A stretch of 63,790 nt of DNA, filler included, from Octopus bimaculoides (GCF_001194135.2; 5 parts of 5 records of this genome joined end to end with filler, not necessarily neighbours in it), one strand, 5' to 3'. Shown: positions 38,790-52,302, counted from the first letter of the whole stretch. Numbers and translations are program-made. The notes: generated by a model not told the origin, from the letters alone.

Positions 38790-40290
38790 TACACTTTAAA
38801 GGAGATTCAGCTGCTATTTCTAACACATCGAATGATCGCATAGAGGCTCATTCTCTTTTTGGTTCTCTTATGCATATCGTTTACCGTTGTTTTCCTGTTG
38901 TTGTTGTTGTTGTTGTTTGACCCTAGCTCTAATCGAGCAAACCTAAAATCAAAAGCACTCCAAGCTGACTATCTGCTTTTTTAAAATTTCAAATTCACTT
39001 TATCCAGAATTACATTATCAAATAATCTGACTTCAGGAAGATTTTGGCTGTTATTTCTAGCGTAAAGGTCTCGTGTTTTCATTCGTTTTTGACTGTTATT
39101 GCTGCTGTTGTCAATTTGTTGCAACTGGTGCTGCTGTTGCTCCTGCTATTTCTCTTACTGTTACTTCTGTTCCGCTTGCAGCTGCTATGTGTCGTTGCTA
39201 TGGTTTTTGTAACTAGTAAGTTTTACTGCTACTGTTGCTGCTCTCATTCCCGCTTTTGTTGTTCTTGTTGTTATTAGCCTTATTGATATCTATGTTGTTA
39301 ATGTTGTTGCTTAACTCCAAGTCAACTCTGACCGAGCAGGCCTATGATTAGAAGCATTCCAGCCGTGACCATCTCGTCTTTTCCCTTTTTGTAGATAAGC
39401 CAAGATGACATTCACAAAAGCATCTTTTTTTCCCTCCTTTAAACGGTAGGATGTAATTTGAAGGAGATTTAGCTGTTATTTTAAACAAATCGAGCAACTA
39501 CATAGAGGTTCTCTTAGTAGTTCGCCCTTCCTTATTTAAAACAGTGGGGAACGATATGAGGGAGGTTCAGGTGTTGTTTCTAACACATTGAGCGACTGAC
39601 TAATAGACAATCCTTCATTGGCTCATATTAGTAGTAGTAGTTGTTCTTGCCGTTGTTTAGTTCAATGTCTGCTTTGACCGAGCAGAACTATGATCAAAAG
39701 TTCTCCAACAAAGGCCATCCCGTCTTTTTAAGGGGTATGTAGGGCTACGTTATCTGTTGATGTGCCCTTTCCATATTTGTTGTTGCTGTTGTTGTATAAC
39801 CCGAGTGAAGGCACGTGATTTAGTGGTTAGGGTATTCGGCACACGATCGTAAGTTCGTGAGTTCAATTCCCGGCGACGCATTGTGCCCTTGAGCAAGACA
39901 CTTTATTTCATCTTGCTCCAGTCCTCTCAGCCGGCAAAAATGAGTAGTACCTGCATTTCAAAGGGCCAGCCTCGTTACACTTGTGTCATGCTGAATCTCC
40001 CTGAGAACTTCATTAAGGGTACGCGTGTCTGCGGAGTGCTCAGTCACTTGCACGTTAATTTCTCGAACAGGCTGTTCCGTTCATTGAATCAACTGGAATT
40101 CTCGTCGTAGTAACCGACAGAGTGTCAGTATAACCCGAGGTCATCTCTGTCTGAACAGACCTATGATCAAAGTTGTTCAAGCAAGCCATGACTACTCTGT
40201 CTACGTTTCAGACATTATGTGTTTTCTTGTTTTTAAGATGGTAGAATGTGGTGTGAAGGATATTTAGTTGGCTGTTATTTCCAGCAGGCC
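38790..40290 (+). repeat. Cluster of an unclassified interspersed repeat (gaccgagcagacctatgatcaaag..cattccagc..gagatttagctg)
   Basis: Related segments at about 38900, 39310, 39660 and 40140; also about 36560, 44880 and 52160. Confidence 0.7.
39806..40127 (+). mobile_element. Full-length SINE family C with 12-bp TSD
   Basis: gtataacccgag at 39794-39805 and 40128-40139; CORE-like ttgtgcccttgagcaagacactttatttc. Confidence 0.9.
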
Positions 40291-40409
40291 GTGCTGCTTG
40301 TGGAATGTGGATTGTGAGCTCATGAGAAGTGGTAAATGTCAAGAGGACCCCAGGTATTTATAGAAGTCATAATTTTTCTTAGAAATGGAATATATAAACC
40401 CGGTACAAT

Positions 40410-41981
40410 ACAATTTTTAACAGATGGACAGAGTAAATAGGAGATTTATTTCATGATGAGAGAACTACATTGCCTAGTTTTCCAAATACTTATGAGGGTG
40501 TAAAGATCGTGCCATCTGAAATACAGGCAGCTATCAAAATGGTGAGAAAAAACAAATCTGCAGGGCCAGACAGAATTATCATTGAGATGATAAAAGCATT
40601 AGAGGAATATGGAATTAAAAAACTGACAGCTGTAATAAATAAGGTCTATGATGATGGGAAATTTCCAGAAGATCTGAGTAAATTCATCTTTATTGCACTC
40701 CCGAAGAAATCAGGAGCGGTGGACTGTGAACAACATGGCACGATTAGTCTCACGAGCTACGTTACGAAGATCATTCTGAGAATTTTATTCTTTCGTGTAA
40801 GAAGCAGAAAACACTTGAGATTGGAATTGAACAATTTGACTTTGTAAAGGGTACTGGTACTAGGAATGTTATTTTTGTACTAGGAATAATAACAGAGCGG
40901 GCGATAGAAATGCAAAAATACGTCTTCTTGTGTTTTATAGATTTCAGAAAGGCCTTTCACAAAGTAAAATATGACATGTTATTTGAAGAGCTCAGTAATC
41001 TTGATTTGCATAGGAAAGACCTCCAAATCTTGCAGAGCCTGTATCTGAACCAATCAGCGCGCATAAAGGTGAATGAAGAATGCAGTGAATGCGCTAGCAT
41101 CAAGCGAGAGGTCATCAGTTCTCTTCAATTATTAGAGCGAATTGATCATAAGTAGGAAAGGAAAAGTCTTAGAGGAGGAAGCAGAAATATCATAAACGTA
41201 AGATATGCAGATGACGCAGCCTTACTTGCAGAATCGAAAAAGGAACTTCAGAGACTTTTGGATGTAGTACTGAGAGAAAGTAAGGAAGGGTTTGTTCATA
41301 AACTGGAAGTAGAGTCTATGTGTTTACAAAGAAGGGAACCTCAAAATGCATGTTGAAAGTGAACAATCAAATCATTAAGCAGGTATCATCCTTCAACTAC
41401 CTTGGAACTTTGATTACAGAAGACGCAAGATGTGTGAAGGAGTTCAAAAGACGAATAATACTGACAAAATCTGTATTCCCAAAATTGTATAACATGTTGA
41501 GAAACCGTAGCCTGAGCAACAAGACCAGGATCCGTATATTGAACTACTATATGTCTACTCTGTGTTAATGTATAGAAGTGAGGTATGGTCTATAACACCA
41601 GGAATGAAAAAATACTTGGAGAGCTGTGAAATGTGATTCTTAAGGAGAATATTGAGGATAGCTGGACATATAAAGTATCTAATGAAGAAGTGATGACCCG
41701 GGCTGCAGTGAATATTATAGGAAACTGTTTCGTGAGATTAGGGCCAAACAGCTGAGATTTCTTGGTTATAAGAACTGCAGAATTTAGCGATGACCAGAAA
41801 GACTGAAGAGAAAAGAAGTAGAAAGAGAAGGATGATACGGATGTCAAGTTTGGTGAACTAGTCGGAAGAAGAGGTATTAAACATCAGGAAGTGGAACTGT
41901 TACAAAATGCTAAGAACAGAGAAGTGTGACAGAACATGATCGCCTATGTCCTACCTTCTAAACATGGCAACTAAGAAGAAA
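40410..41981 (+). mobile_element. 5'-truncated, decayed RTE-clade LINE (RT domain and 3' end)
   Basis: KSAGPD..; IALPKKSGAVDCEQHGTISL; FLCFIDFRKAFHKV; YADD at 41204-41215; FNYLGTLITEDARC; tail aactaagaagaa. Multiple stops and frameshifts. Confidence 0.92.
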
Positions 41982-43043
41982 GTCACGAGTGAAGAGAAAC
42001 ATGAATGATGATGTGCCAAGGTGCAAAATAATTCTAATATGTAAGTTCTTGTCTTATTTATCAATTTCCATAAAAGATTAACACAGGGACATGTTCACCG
42101 CCTTTCAGTTTCCAGATGTACTGAGAAAGAATGGTAGACAAAAAGCACATATTTTTTAGTAAACAACAGAGTTTAACTTCACTCTGAAAGGTAGATACTG
42201 TGGTTAAACTATAAATTTTGTGATCAGAAAAAGGAGGTTAACCAGATTTGTTGTCTTTCAGCGAATATTACTGCTTTTTAAGAAACATGCTACTAGTAGT
42301 TTATAGCTGTTTATAGTATGCACAAACCTGGACAGAATTAAATTGATCTTTCGCTGTGAAATTGTAAATACCTTGTTATTCTCTTCGACACAATTAAATA
42401 ATTAATAAATATTTGTGTTCCGTATAATGAGCATTAGAAGATAGAAAACCCATGATAAATTAAAAGTATTTAAGGTACATTTTATTTTGTTATCGACTTC
42501 TTTCTCTTTATTTAACAAGAGTTTTTAAACCAAATATTGCACGCTGTCATTTATAGCTTTATCTACTTCGGGATCAACCGTTAAAAACAAATATGCTTGT
42601 ATTTGTGCGTATGCGTGTGTGTGTGTGTGCGTGCATGCGTCTGTGCGCGCGTGTGTGTATATGTATATATANNNNNNNNNNNNNNNNNNNNNNNNNNNNN
42701 NNNNNNNNNNNNNNNNNNNNNNNNNNNNNNNNNNNNNNNNNNNNNNNNNNNNNNNNNNNNNNNNNNNNNNNNNNNNNNNNNNNNNNNNNNNNNNNNNNNN
42801 NNNNNNNNNNNNNNNNNNNNNNNNNNNNNNNNNNNNNNNNNNNNNNNNNNNNNNNNNNNNNNNNNNNNNNNNNNNNNNNNNNNNNNNNNNNNNNNNNNNN
42901 NNNNNNNNNNNNNNNNNNNNNNNNNNNNNNNNNNNNNNNNNNNNNNNNNNNNNNNNNNNNNNNNNNNNNNNNNNNNNNNNNNNNNNNNNNNNNNNNNNNN
43001 NNNNNNNNNNNNNNNNNNNNNNNNNNNNNNNNNATATATATAT

Positions 43044-43206
43044 ATATACGACGGGCTTCTTTCAGTTTCCGTCTACCAAATCCACTCACAAGGCTTTGGT
43101 CGGCCCGAGGCTATAGCAGAAGACACTTGCCCAAGGTGCCACGCAGTGGGACTGAACCCGGAACCATGTGGATCGTAGGGATGCTACTTACCACACAGCC
43201 ACTCAC
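43044..43206 (-). mobile_element. SINE family B 5' half
   Basis: cgacgggcttctttcagtttccgtctaccaaatccactcac..accacacagccactc. Confidence 0.9.
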
Positions 43207-44148
43207 CTATATTTGATCATATCATAATTTTAAAATCTTATCCCATCAGGGTCGAATGAGTTTAAACAACAACATCAACATCATCACCACCAACAACAAA
43301 TATACACACATAATATGTTGAACTCTTCTCCGATATTCCAATATATACATGTAAACTATTTGGAATATTCTCCTTGTAACATCTTCAGCTTTATGTCTGG
43401 CATCATCACCTGGATACAGAACATTGATAAATAACTTGTCGCTGGTGCATTTCTCTTTTTAAGCTGCGACTGCGACTCTTACCTTTATTACTACCGCTGT
43501 AATTGTCTGTGTTGTTGATATTCTTGTTTTTTGCTCTTCTTATTTAGTTAGAATATCTGTACCAGCATTTTACTTTGGTCGAGAATCTGAAAACAAAAAG
43601 AATACAAATATGTCAATGATAGAATATTATATTTTGTATAAGTTAGAACCTGCATGTGTCATGAAATTTGTCTTGAAAATTTTTATTTGGTCCAGTCATT
43701 GGACTACGGCCATGTTGGGGCACTGCCTTGGCGAACTTGGTACTCATGTTAATATATGCTAATGAATGGTACTTTTTCTATCGACCTGCTTTTCCCGAAC
43801 TGTGATATTATAAAGATGTAAACAAACCAAAACCGGTTGGCAAGTTCTGAGATACAAACTCAAAGACGCACAGTCATGTGCAAATGAGTATATATATATA
43901 TATATATNNNNNNNNNNNNNNNNNNNNNNNNNNNNNNNNNNNNNNNNNNNNNNNNNNNNNNNNNNNNNNNNNNNNNNNNNNNNNNNNNNNNNNNNNNNNN
44001 NNNNNNNNNNNNNNNNNNNNNNNNNNNNNNNNNNNNNNNNNNNNNNNNNNNNNNNNNNNNNNNNNNNNNNNNNNNNNNNNNNNNNNNNNNNNNNNNNNNN
44101 NNNNNNNNNNNNNNNNNNNNNNNNNNNNNNNNNNNNNNNNNNNNNNNN

Positions 44149-44193
<45 letters not shown>

Positions 44194-44390
44194 CGAATTG
44201 CTTCTTAGATATTCAACCAAGATTCGAAAACCAGTTCAGATTTTTCTACGAGTTCCTTTCTGTTGTTCTCGTCATTTGCACTAGGAAATTTATGAGTCAT
44301 CTATTTCCCTGCGGTCATTTCAAGTCAAATCTAGATCAAGGCATATAACAGACGAAAGATCCTTTGTTTAGCCCGACCTAATTTATTTAG

Positions 44391-44527
44391 AAAAAATATA
44401 AATACGGAACCCAAATTCGGTTCTACCTCTTTCGATTGGCTCCTGTTCAAAAGGAACACTTCACATGTGGCTTGTCACAGCGGGACTACAGAACTTTCAC
44501 CCTCGCTACTTGTCAACACAGAGAAAG
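44391..44527 (+). CDS. Candidate internal coding exon (phase 0-2), unknown protein
   Basis: cctaat branch-like site, tttatttag acceptor, AAG|gtatat donor; open: KKYKYGTQIRFYLFRLAPVQKEHFTCGLSQRDYRTFTLATCQHRE. All three antisense frames are closed. Confidence 0.55.
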
Positions 44528-45114
44528 GTATATTCTCTTACTCTTTCTTTCTCTTTCTTACATCCATCTTCTAGCAGTCACTCACAAATGAACTTAACTA
44601 CCTGCAAAATGGACTATACACTAGTCTGTGTATAATAAAAATTCGAAGAAGTATCTTACATTGTAATGATAAAATAAAGACCATATCAATGAATACTTCT
44701 TTTCCACTCATTTATTTGTTACATATAAACTGATGAATACATACATACATACATACATACATAGATACATACATACATACATACATAATGTTACAGCAGC
44801 TAGCTTACAAATAGGTGGAATGTGCCAATCATTGAGAGCTGTCATAATATAAATACATTTAAAGTTGTTTTTTCTTAACTTTGGTCAGCCTTGACATGAT
44901 TGAGCAAACTTATGATCAAGGCCATTCCAACCGTGTCATCCTGCCTTTTTAGGAGCAGCTAATTCTATATTATTTAATGATAACATAGTACTTGCGTTTT
45001 TAAAAGGTGGGTGGTGGTGGTGACGGCGGCTGCGATTGTATAGAGCCACAGAGAGGAAGCTTTTTAACAACATGATCGAATCAAAAGTACATAACAAAAG
45101 TACATAATCTGTAC

Positions 45115-46135
45115 TTCTGTCTTCGCTCCTCGACCCCTTCACTTTTGTTGGCCCTTTATTTTTTCTTTGCTCGTTCGCTTTTCCTTGTTCCACGCTCTGC
45201 GTCTCCTCTCCATTTCCTTTTCTTTTCTTCCAAGGACTTTTTGGTGGTGAGTCCGCGTTACTCTCCTTCCTCTTCACCACTGTATACTGTTCTTCCATAC
45301 TTTGCTCTTCTACGGTTGAAACCTCTTTTTGTTGTTCTTTCTCTATCCCCTCCTCTTCGTGTTTCTGAAGACACTTAGCTTTCATGTGTCCCCGTACTCC
45401 CACATTGATAGCAGACGGGAGGTCTTCCTTCCACTACAACTCTCAGCTTCGTCTCATCCGGCAACACCAATTCCTCTGCAATTTTGTGGAGGCCTGGTAA
45501 ACTAATGTGAACCGACACCTCAAGACCGTATCCCTAACAGTTTACCTCCGTAGTTCTTGTGATTTTAAGTATTTTGGTTTCTTCTTTTGCATTATAGAGG
45601 ATGGCTGCCACCAGCCATGGCCTCGTCAATTTCTGGGGACACTCTACCAATCCTAACTCTGGCCGCACGTTTGCCACAGTAGGTTGGCAGTATTACCCAC
45701 TCAGTTGATCTCAAAGGTACACTGGGGTGTTTTGTCGCTTCTTGTTCACTCGCGAAGCGTACTTCCACTGTGCCGTATTTCTTTCCTCTCGTGTAGTTAG
45801 ACTTTTGATTTCTTTCAAGCATTCTTCGACTGCCTTTACTGCAGCTATTTCAACTCTTTTTGTAGCGATAGACAGCATTCTGTATATTACTGTCCTTTTT
45901 TCTGTTTTTTTTTTCCATAATTTCCTTAGGCGGCGTCAGCCTCAGGCTATCTCCTTCCTTTCTTAACAATTCATTGTACTTCTTAAAATTTGTTTCGTTC
46001 AGTTGAATTTTTCTAACTTTCAAGACATCTGCCGTTAGATTTTTCCCAGCCACTGCAGCGTAACTGCCTGCTGGAACTGGTTGACTTTCTATAATCTTGT
46101 TATTTATATCTTCACCCATAAATGGGGGAGAAAAT
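45115..46135 (-). mobile_element. Decayed gag-like ORF1 of an L1/Tx1-like retrotransposon
   Basis: ATG at 46119; GSYAAVAG; RRM-like GTVEVRFASEQEA; LRVVVEGRPPVCYQC/GVRGHMKAKC (CX2CX4HX4C, +1 frameshift near 45403); acidic/basic tail. Confidence 0.75.
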
Positions 46136-46558
46136 AAAAGTTCACAGGTAACAATAAATTTAACAATTCAGTAATGCAACAATTAGGTGAGGCAGACCTT
46201 CAACAATTCAAACAACAACAAGACTTACATGAAGCGAACACACATCAAATGCAACAGGGAATCAAANNNNNNNNNNNNNNNNNNNNNNNNNNNNNNNNNN
46301 NNNNNNNNNNNNNNNNNNNNNNNNNNNNNNNNNNNNNNNNNNNNNNNNNNNNNNNNNNNNNNNNNNTTTTTTTTCTTCTTGTCCTTACTGACAAACATTC
46401 ATTACATCCATTGCGAATGCACCGCTAGTACAAATTCTCACAAACCATTTTCTTAGTCATATTGTGCCTAGTTTTACTACACTTTTTTTTTTAGGGCTAA
46501 CACTCTTTTCTTCGAAATAACATGCAGCATCCATTTCTGTTTTCAATATCTCCTTCAG

Positions 46559-46617
46559 ACTGGTGCAGTTAAATGACTTGGATGCGGCCATTCTAGACTT
46601 TTACCAACAAGCAAAAA
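46559..46617 (+). CDS. Candidate internal coding exon (phase 2-1)
   Basis: Strong acceptor tttctgttttcaatatctccttcag, donor AAA|gtaaat; the only open frame is LVQLNDLDAAILDFYQQAK, in phase with the 44391 exon. Confidence 0.55.
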
Positions 46618-48506
46618 GTAAATAAACACAGAAAAACTTCACGAAAGGCGAAAAAATTATAAAAACACAGAAAAACTTCCCGAAATATATGTAAAATACT
46701 ACGAAAATTTACGAAAAATGCCTAAAATAAAATTGTAATTGATATAAACACAGATAATGTAGGTTTTATAAAGTTTTCACAAAAATAACAAAATCGAAAC
46801 ATGTACAGAGAGACTGCATGCAGATAAGAAGATTCAGCACAGGCAAAATAGAACATACAAGTTGCCATATGTTGCTATGGTAACTAGCTGTTAATGCCTC
46901 GCTGTCTGTTGATTGGCTAAAATTACACAAACTTTCCAAACTTTAATTCCAAATAACATCAGATTCTTTAATTTACGAGATAATGTAACTGGTTGAGGGT
47001 AATCTAAATTCCCAACTCCATCTATAGCCCAAATTTGAAAACAGTCTGAACAAAATTAAAGGGGAATGATTTTGTGACCCAAACTAAGTAGATTCCAAAT
47101 AGCTACTAATGCGGGTGTACTTGCAAAACATTACCCAAGCACATACAGACAAATACATTAACATAACAAAAAAAAAATAATAAAAACATGACTTTGCAAG
47201 GTATTTATCTTCATTTAGAAACCTACAATGAACAGGTCACACAGGGTACAATCTTAAAGTTGACACCGTTCGCTACAACGAAAGTTTATTATTGGCTAAA
47301 AATTGACAGGTTTTTGGTTTTTAAACGTCTATAACATTTTCGTCAGATTTTTTCTCAGTAAATTCTTTGGTTCAGATGAATAAGAAATGAATGTTTAATA
47401 TGACAATTTTTCAGATCTTTTACTTCATTTTAAAAAGGGACTGATTTTGAGACTCAAACTAACTAGACCCAAGTACAGTGAATACCATCCTCCACAATTT
47501 GCAACTCATCTGAAGTACATATGTATTTCAACAATTTCTATCAAATACACTCTCTTTCTTGAGCATAAAAAATCCTCTTCCCGAATGACAATAACTTATA
47601 TGTCAGATTGTTGAATAAGTTCTAGCTGTTTTGATAAAGGAAATAGGAAAGACAACACGTTGATCTTATAAGTATCGCGTGGTGGAAATAAACGCAATTA
47701 ACAAACTTTCATTCATAAGACCATTTATTAATTGGGTTTTTTTTTTCGTTTTGTTTTTTTTTTCATTTCAGTTTGTACATTTGTACACCGATTGCGTACA
47801 AGCACATATGTAAAACGACGTCCTTTATTTTTTATTCATTATCTGCTGATAGCATAAGTAGGATATTCAAAAATAAAAATATTTTGTAAGGGGAGGAGGG
47901 ACATTTGTGACTCCAAGGGTCAAAAGGGACCGTTTGGCCAAAATGGGTTGAGAACCTTTGCTTTAAATCATAGCTTGCTGACTTAACAAGGAGGAAGACA
48001 GACTGAATACTATAACAATCGTCTGATAAGACGAGGAAGTCATATAGTTACACCTTTGGCTGACCACCTGTCCAAATACAATATTGACAATAAAAAGGAG
48101 GTAAGCAGAGTGCTTCCACATCCTCGTTTGACTATCTATCAAAATGACACCCAGCAGCTGCTAACTCACTGATGGTGTGCTAAAATATCCTCTCATGTTC
48201 ATTTTAGAATATTCACGATAATGTAAGGCTTATTGCAGTATCAGTAAATGTTTATGGAAGATATTGACAACATGCAACTTACAATTCACCCTGTTGTTGT
48301 TAGTAAGAGGATAGCTGAAATTTCTCGTTAAGGAAAACAATGGGTTGCTAGTATATGTTAGGTCGTTAAAGCAGTCGTTAAAGCAAAGATAAACATAAGG
48401 CTTATGGTAACTCTTCACTCTGGCAAAAGACCGTTGCTCAACGTGCTGAATAGTGAATTTGAAATGAACTTCTGAACCATGCGGCCATTCCTGTATCAAT
48501 TTTCAG

Positions 48507-48538
48507 ATTCCAACAAGTTGCTAAACGACAGCAAAATT
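48507..48538 (+). CDS. Candidate 32-nt coding micro-exon (phase 1-0)
   Basis: caattttcag acceptor, ATT|gtaagt consensus donor; gives (N)SNKLLNDSKI in phase with the 46559 exon. Confidence 0.5.
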
Positions 48539-48709
48539 GTAAGTCTAATTTAAAATCAAAACTTTAATATGTGAGTATGTATGTGTATACGCCTTATGCC
48601 ACAGTCAAAAAGTTTTCCTTCAGGATAGCGTGTTAGCGCGAAAACTCTCTCTCCTCCCTCTCTGTCTATATATATATATATATATATGCACATATATATA
48701 CACACATAT

Positions 48710-48745
<36 letters not shown>

Positions 48746-49035
48746 NNNNNNNNNNNNNNNNNNNNNNNNNNNNNNNNNNNNNNNNNNNNTTAATTAATTA
48801 ANNNNNNNNNNNNNNNNNNNNNNNNNNNNNNNNNNNNNNNNNNNNTCTTTCATATTCTTTCCTTGGTCTTATTATTTTCAGTTTCCTGTTCTCTTCTTTT
48901 ATCTGCTGTCTTGTCCTGCTGATGCTGTTGTTGTTGTTGTTGTTGTTGTTGTTGCTGCTGCTGTTGCTGTTGTTGTTGTTCTTGCTCTTCATGATCATGA
49001 CCTCCTCCTCCCCCTCCTCCTCTTCTTCTTCTTCT

Positions 49036-49070
<35 letters not shown>

Positions 49071-50189
49071 TACCTCCTCCTCCTCCTCCTCNNNNNNNNN
49101 NNNNNNNNNNNNNNNNNNNNNNNNNNNNNNNNNNNNNNNNNNNNNNNNNNNNNNNNNNNNNNNNNNNNNNNNNNNNNNNNNNNNNNNNNNNNNNNNNNNN
49201 NNNNNNNNNNNNNNNNNNNNNNNNNNNNNNNNNNNNNNNNNNNNNNNNNNNNNNNNNNNNNNNNNNNNNNNNNNNNNNNNNNNNNNNNNNNNNNNNNNNN
49301 NNNNNNNNNNNNNNNNNNNNNNNNNNNNNNNNNNNNNNNNNNNNNNNNNNNNNNNNNNNNNNNNNNNNNNNNNNNNNNNNNNNNNNNNNNNNNNNNNNNN
49401 NNNNNNNNNNNNNNNNNNNNNNNNNNNNNNNNNNNNNNNNNNNNNNNNNNNNNNNNNNNNNNNNNNNNNNNNNNNNNNNNNNNNNNNNNNNNNNNNNNNN
49501 NNNNNNNNNNNNNNNNNNNNNNNNNNNNNNNNNNNNNNNNNNNNNNNNNNNNNNNNNNNNNNNNNNNNNNNNNNNNNNNNNNNNNNNNNNNNNNNNNNNN
49601 NNNNNNNNTCTTCTCCTTCTCCTTCGTCTTCTTCTTCTTCTTCTTCTTCTTCTTCTTCTTCTCCTTCTTCTCCTTCTCCTTCGTCTTCTTCTCGTTCTTC
49701 TTCTTCTTCTTCTTCTTCTTCTTCTTCTTCTTCACCAACACCCATCTCTACCACAACCATCATCAATCTGTGATGATAAGTGTACTCGACTGGAACAGCC
49801 CTTAGGGGATAAACAACATCACCACCGTCGTTACCGCCACAGCGCCACAGCGACACGGCCATCGTCGTCACCTAAAGAAAGCATGTGAAAATGTATAGAA
49901 GAACAGACATACATTTCTCCATGAACAATAATGAATTATCAGCAAAAGTATTACATTACACACACACACATATATATATATATATAAATGTTTGTTTTAT
50001 GTATAGTTATATAAAAAAATCCCCATAAAATCATTAAATGTAAAGATAGCTCAATATCCTTCAGTGGAATATCATATTTTATTTTTATGAAGGGAGAATT
50101 CAAAGTTTTGAATCTCTAGCTGCTTGTCTGACTGTAAATTAGTTTGGTTTTCAAAGTTTTATATATATATTTTTTAGGGGTTCATCTTG

Positions 50190-50460
50190 AGGATACAGCA
50201 ATACTACTGTATTCCCAGTATTGTCCCTTACCACTTTATTTTCTACTGAATGCCCCGCCCCTTTCACCTCCACTTTTCCTCTGTACACTGTCTCATTCTA
50301 CCAATGGCAGCCCTCACCACTTAAGTACATCTCCCATTATTTCCATCCCTATGTAACACTAACCTCATCCCTGCCACTGCGCATCTCTTGCACACCACTT
50401 ACACTTCACATCATCAGTGCTGTCTTCTAGCGTCTCTCTCTTCTCCACCCCCAAATTTAT
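50190..50460 (-). mobile_element. Highly decayed RTE-like LINE 3' end
   Basis: Minus strand loosely resembles ..RCGVQERRLRWYG..VEG..GRGRP..VVR.D. Confidence 0.35.
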
Positions 50461-50659
50461 ATTCGCCAATTGACCATGCCTCCCACAGCATACTAGGGTA
50501 CCCATTAACTTGAAGGGTTTAGCACTGGTATTTATTCCGTTGGTCTATTTTGCTGAACTACCAGGTCACAGGAGATGTAAACAAGTAAAAGAATAAAAGA
50601 GTAAAAGAATTTAAATGGAAAACAAAAAACAGAAAAAAAAATGTACAGATGCATATATC

Positions 50660-50758
50660 GCTCTTCCTACTGCCCCTTTTGTGTCCCATAACCATATAAT
50701 TTCTCCCCCTGTTCCCCGGGGAATGGTACCACCCACTTTCAGTATCCCTGCTCTAGAT
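50660..50758 (-). mobile_element. hAT/Charlie-like terminal fragment
   Basis: Minus strand starts cagggatactgaaagtgggtggtacc; abutting 8-mer ctctagat fits the NTCTAGAN Charlie target preference. No partner end found. Confidence 0.5.
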
Positions 50759-51243
50759 CCTCAATTCTTACCATAGAAGGTATTTTAGAATTCTAGGAGG
50801 AAATTTGGAGATTCTTGTAGAGGAAACTGTTTTTAGGTTGAAAGAATCTTTATCATTATATTTGCAATGTTTTTCTAAGATTTATATTCCTTAACTCTTT
50901 CCATGCCACCCATGTTGAGATTGCCTTCAGTTCTAAGATACAAAACTTCCTGTTTGAAAGTATCCACGTTTAAATTAAAACCTTCCATCATAATTTCAGA
51001 CTGAAACCTTTTCATAAGTTACGTTCCAAACATTAGCTTTCAACAGAAATAAAGAAAATAAATGAAACCGTTAGTTATTTTGCTAAACAGAACTAATTTT
51101 TATTTTTTTTTATTTTTCAGAATTAATTGAATCATACGAGTTGTAAATTTTGTTAAAAATAGAGTCATAAAAAGGTTAACGTTAATCGTTAAGGATGCTA
51201 AATGTTAAATGATTAATACTAGATTAATCCAAGGCTGTTAGCG

Positions 51244-51478
51244 TTATTCTCTTTACTCTTGTACTCTTTTACTTGTTTCAGTTATTTGACTGTGGCCATG
51301 CTGGAGCACCGCCTTTAGTCGAGCAAATCAATCCCAGGACTTATTCTTTGTAAGCCTAGTACTTATTCTATCGGTCTCTTTTTGCCGAACCACTAAGCTA
51401 CGGGGACGTAAACACACCAGCATCGATTGTCAAGCGAAGTTGGGGGGACAAACACAGACACACAAACATATACACACG

Positions 51479-51510
<32 letters not shown>

Positions 51511-51690
51511 CATACATACATATATACGACAGGCTTCTTTCAGTTTCCGTCTACCAAATCCACTCACAAGGTTTTGGTCGGCCCGAGGCTATAGTAGAAG
51601 ACACTTGTCCAAGGTGCCACGCAGTGGGACTGAACCCAGAACCATGTGGTTGGTAAGCAAGCTACTTACCACACAGCCACTCCTGCGCCT
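51244..51690 (-). mobile_element. Full-length young SINE family B
   Basis: Complete motif order from tail ctctttactc to head ccactcctgcgcc. Confidence 0.92.
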
Positions 51691-52257
51691 GTAATAAATT
51701 GCATCAGATACACTACTATCTCATATGTGAAGGAGGCGAATACAGATGAAAGGTTAATTAACCTTGTATTAGACAGGTAATTGCTGTGGTTTTCACTATC
51801 AGGTTATAAGTTGAGATTTCTTAGTCTTTGTCATCTATCTATTCCACAACCAGCTCATCATTTCTGCCCTATCTATTTTGGCTTCATTAGCAGTTCCATA
51901 AGAGTCTGTTATCGTTTTTTCCGACATAGTTATAAGACTACAAGTTTTTGTGGGGAGGAAGAAGGAGAAGAATATTGTCAATTTAATTGACCCCAGAAGT
52001 CATATGGTATTTCTTTCATCCACACCAAAATGATGAAATAAATAAGAGTATGAATAAATAAGCATTACAATTGATAAAACGGTCTGGATGTTAACGAGTT
52101 AAAAGAGGCACAATAACGTGTCATCGTCATCAATGTCGTCATCGTTGTTGTTGCTAATTTAACTTTAGGTCAACCACAATTGAGCGGACCTGTGATCAAA
52201 GACACTCCAGCCTTGACTATCCTGTCTTTTTCCAATGAGCAGAGAACTCAGGACTAC

Positions 52258-52258
52258 A

Positions 52259-52302
<44 letters not shown>

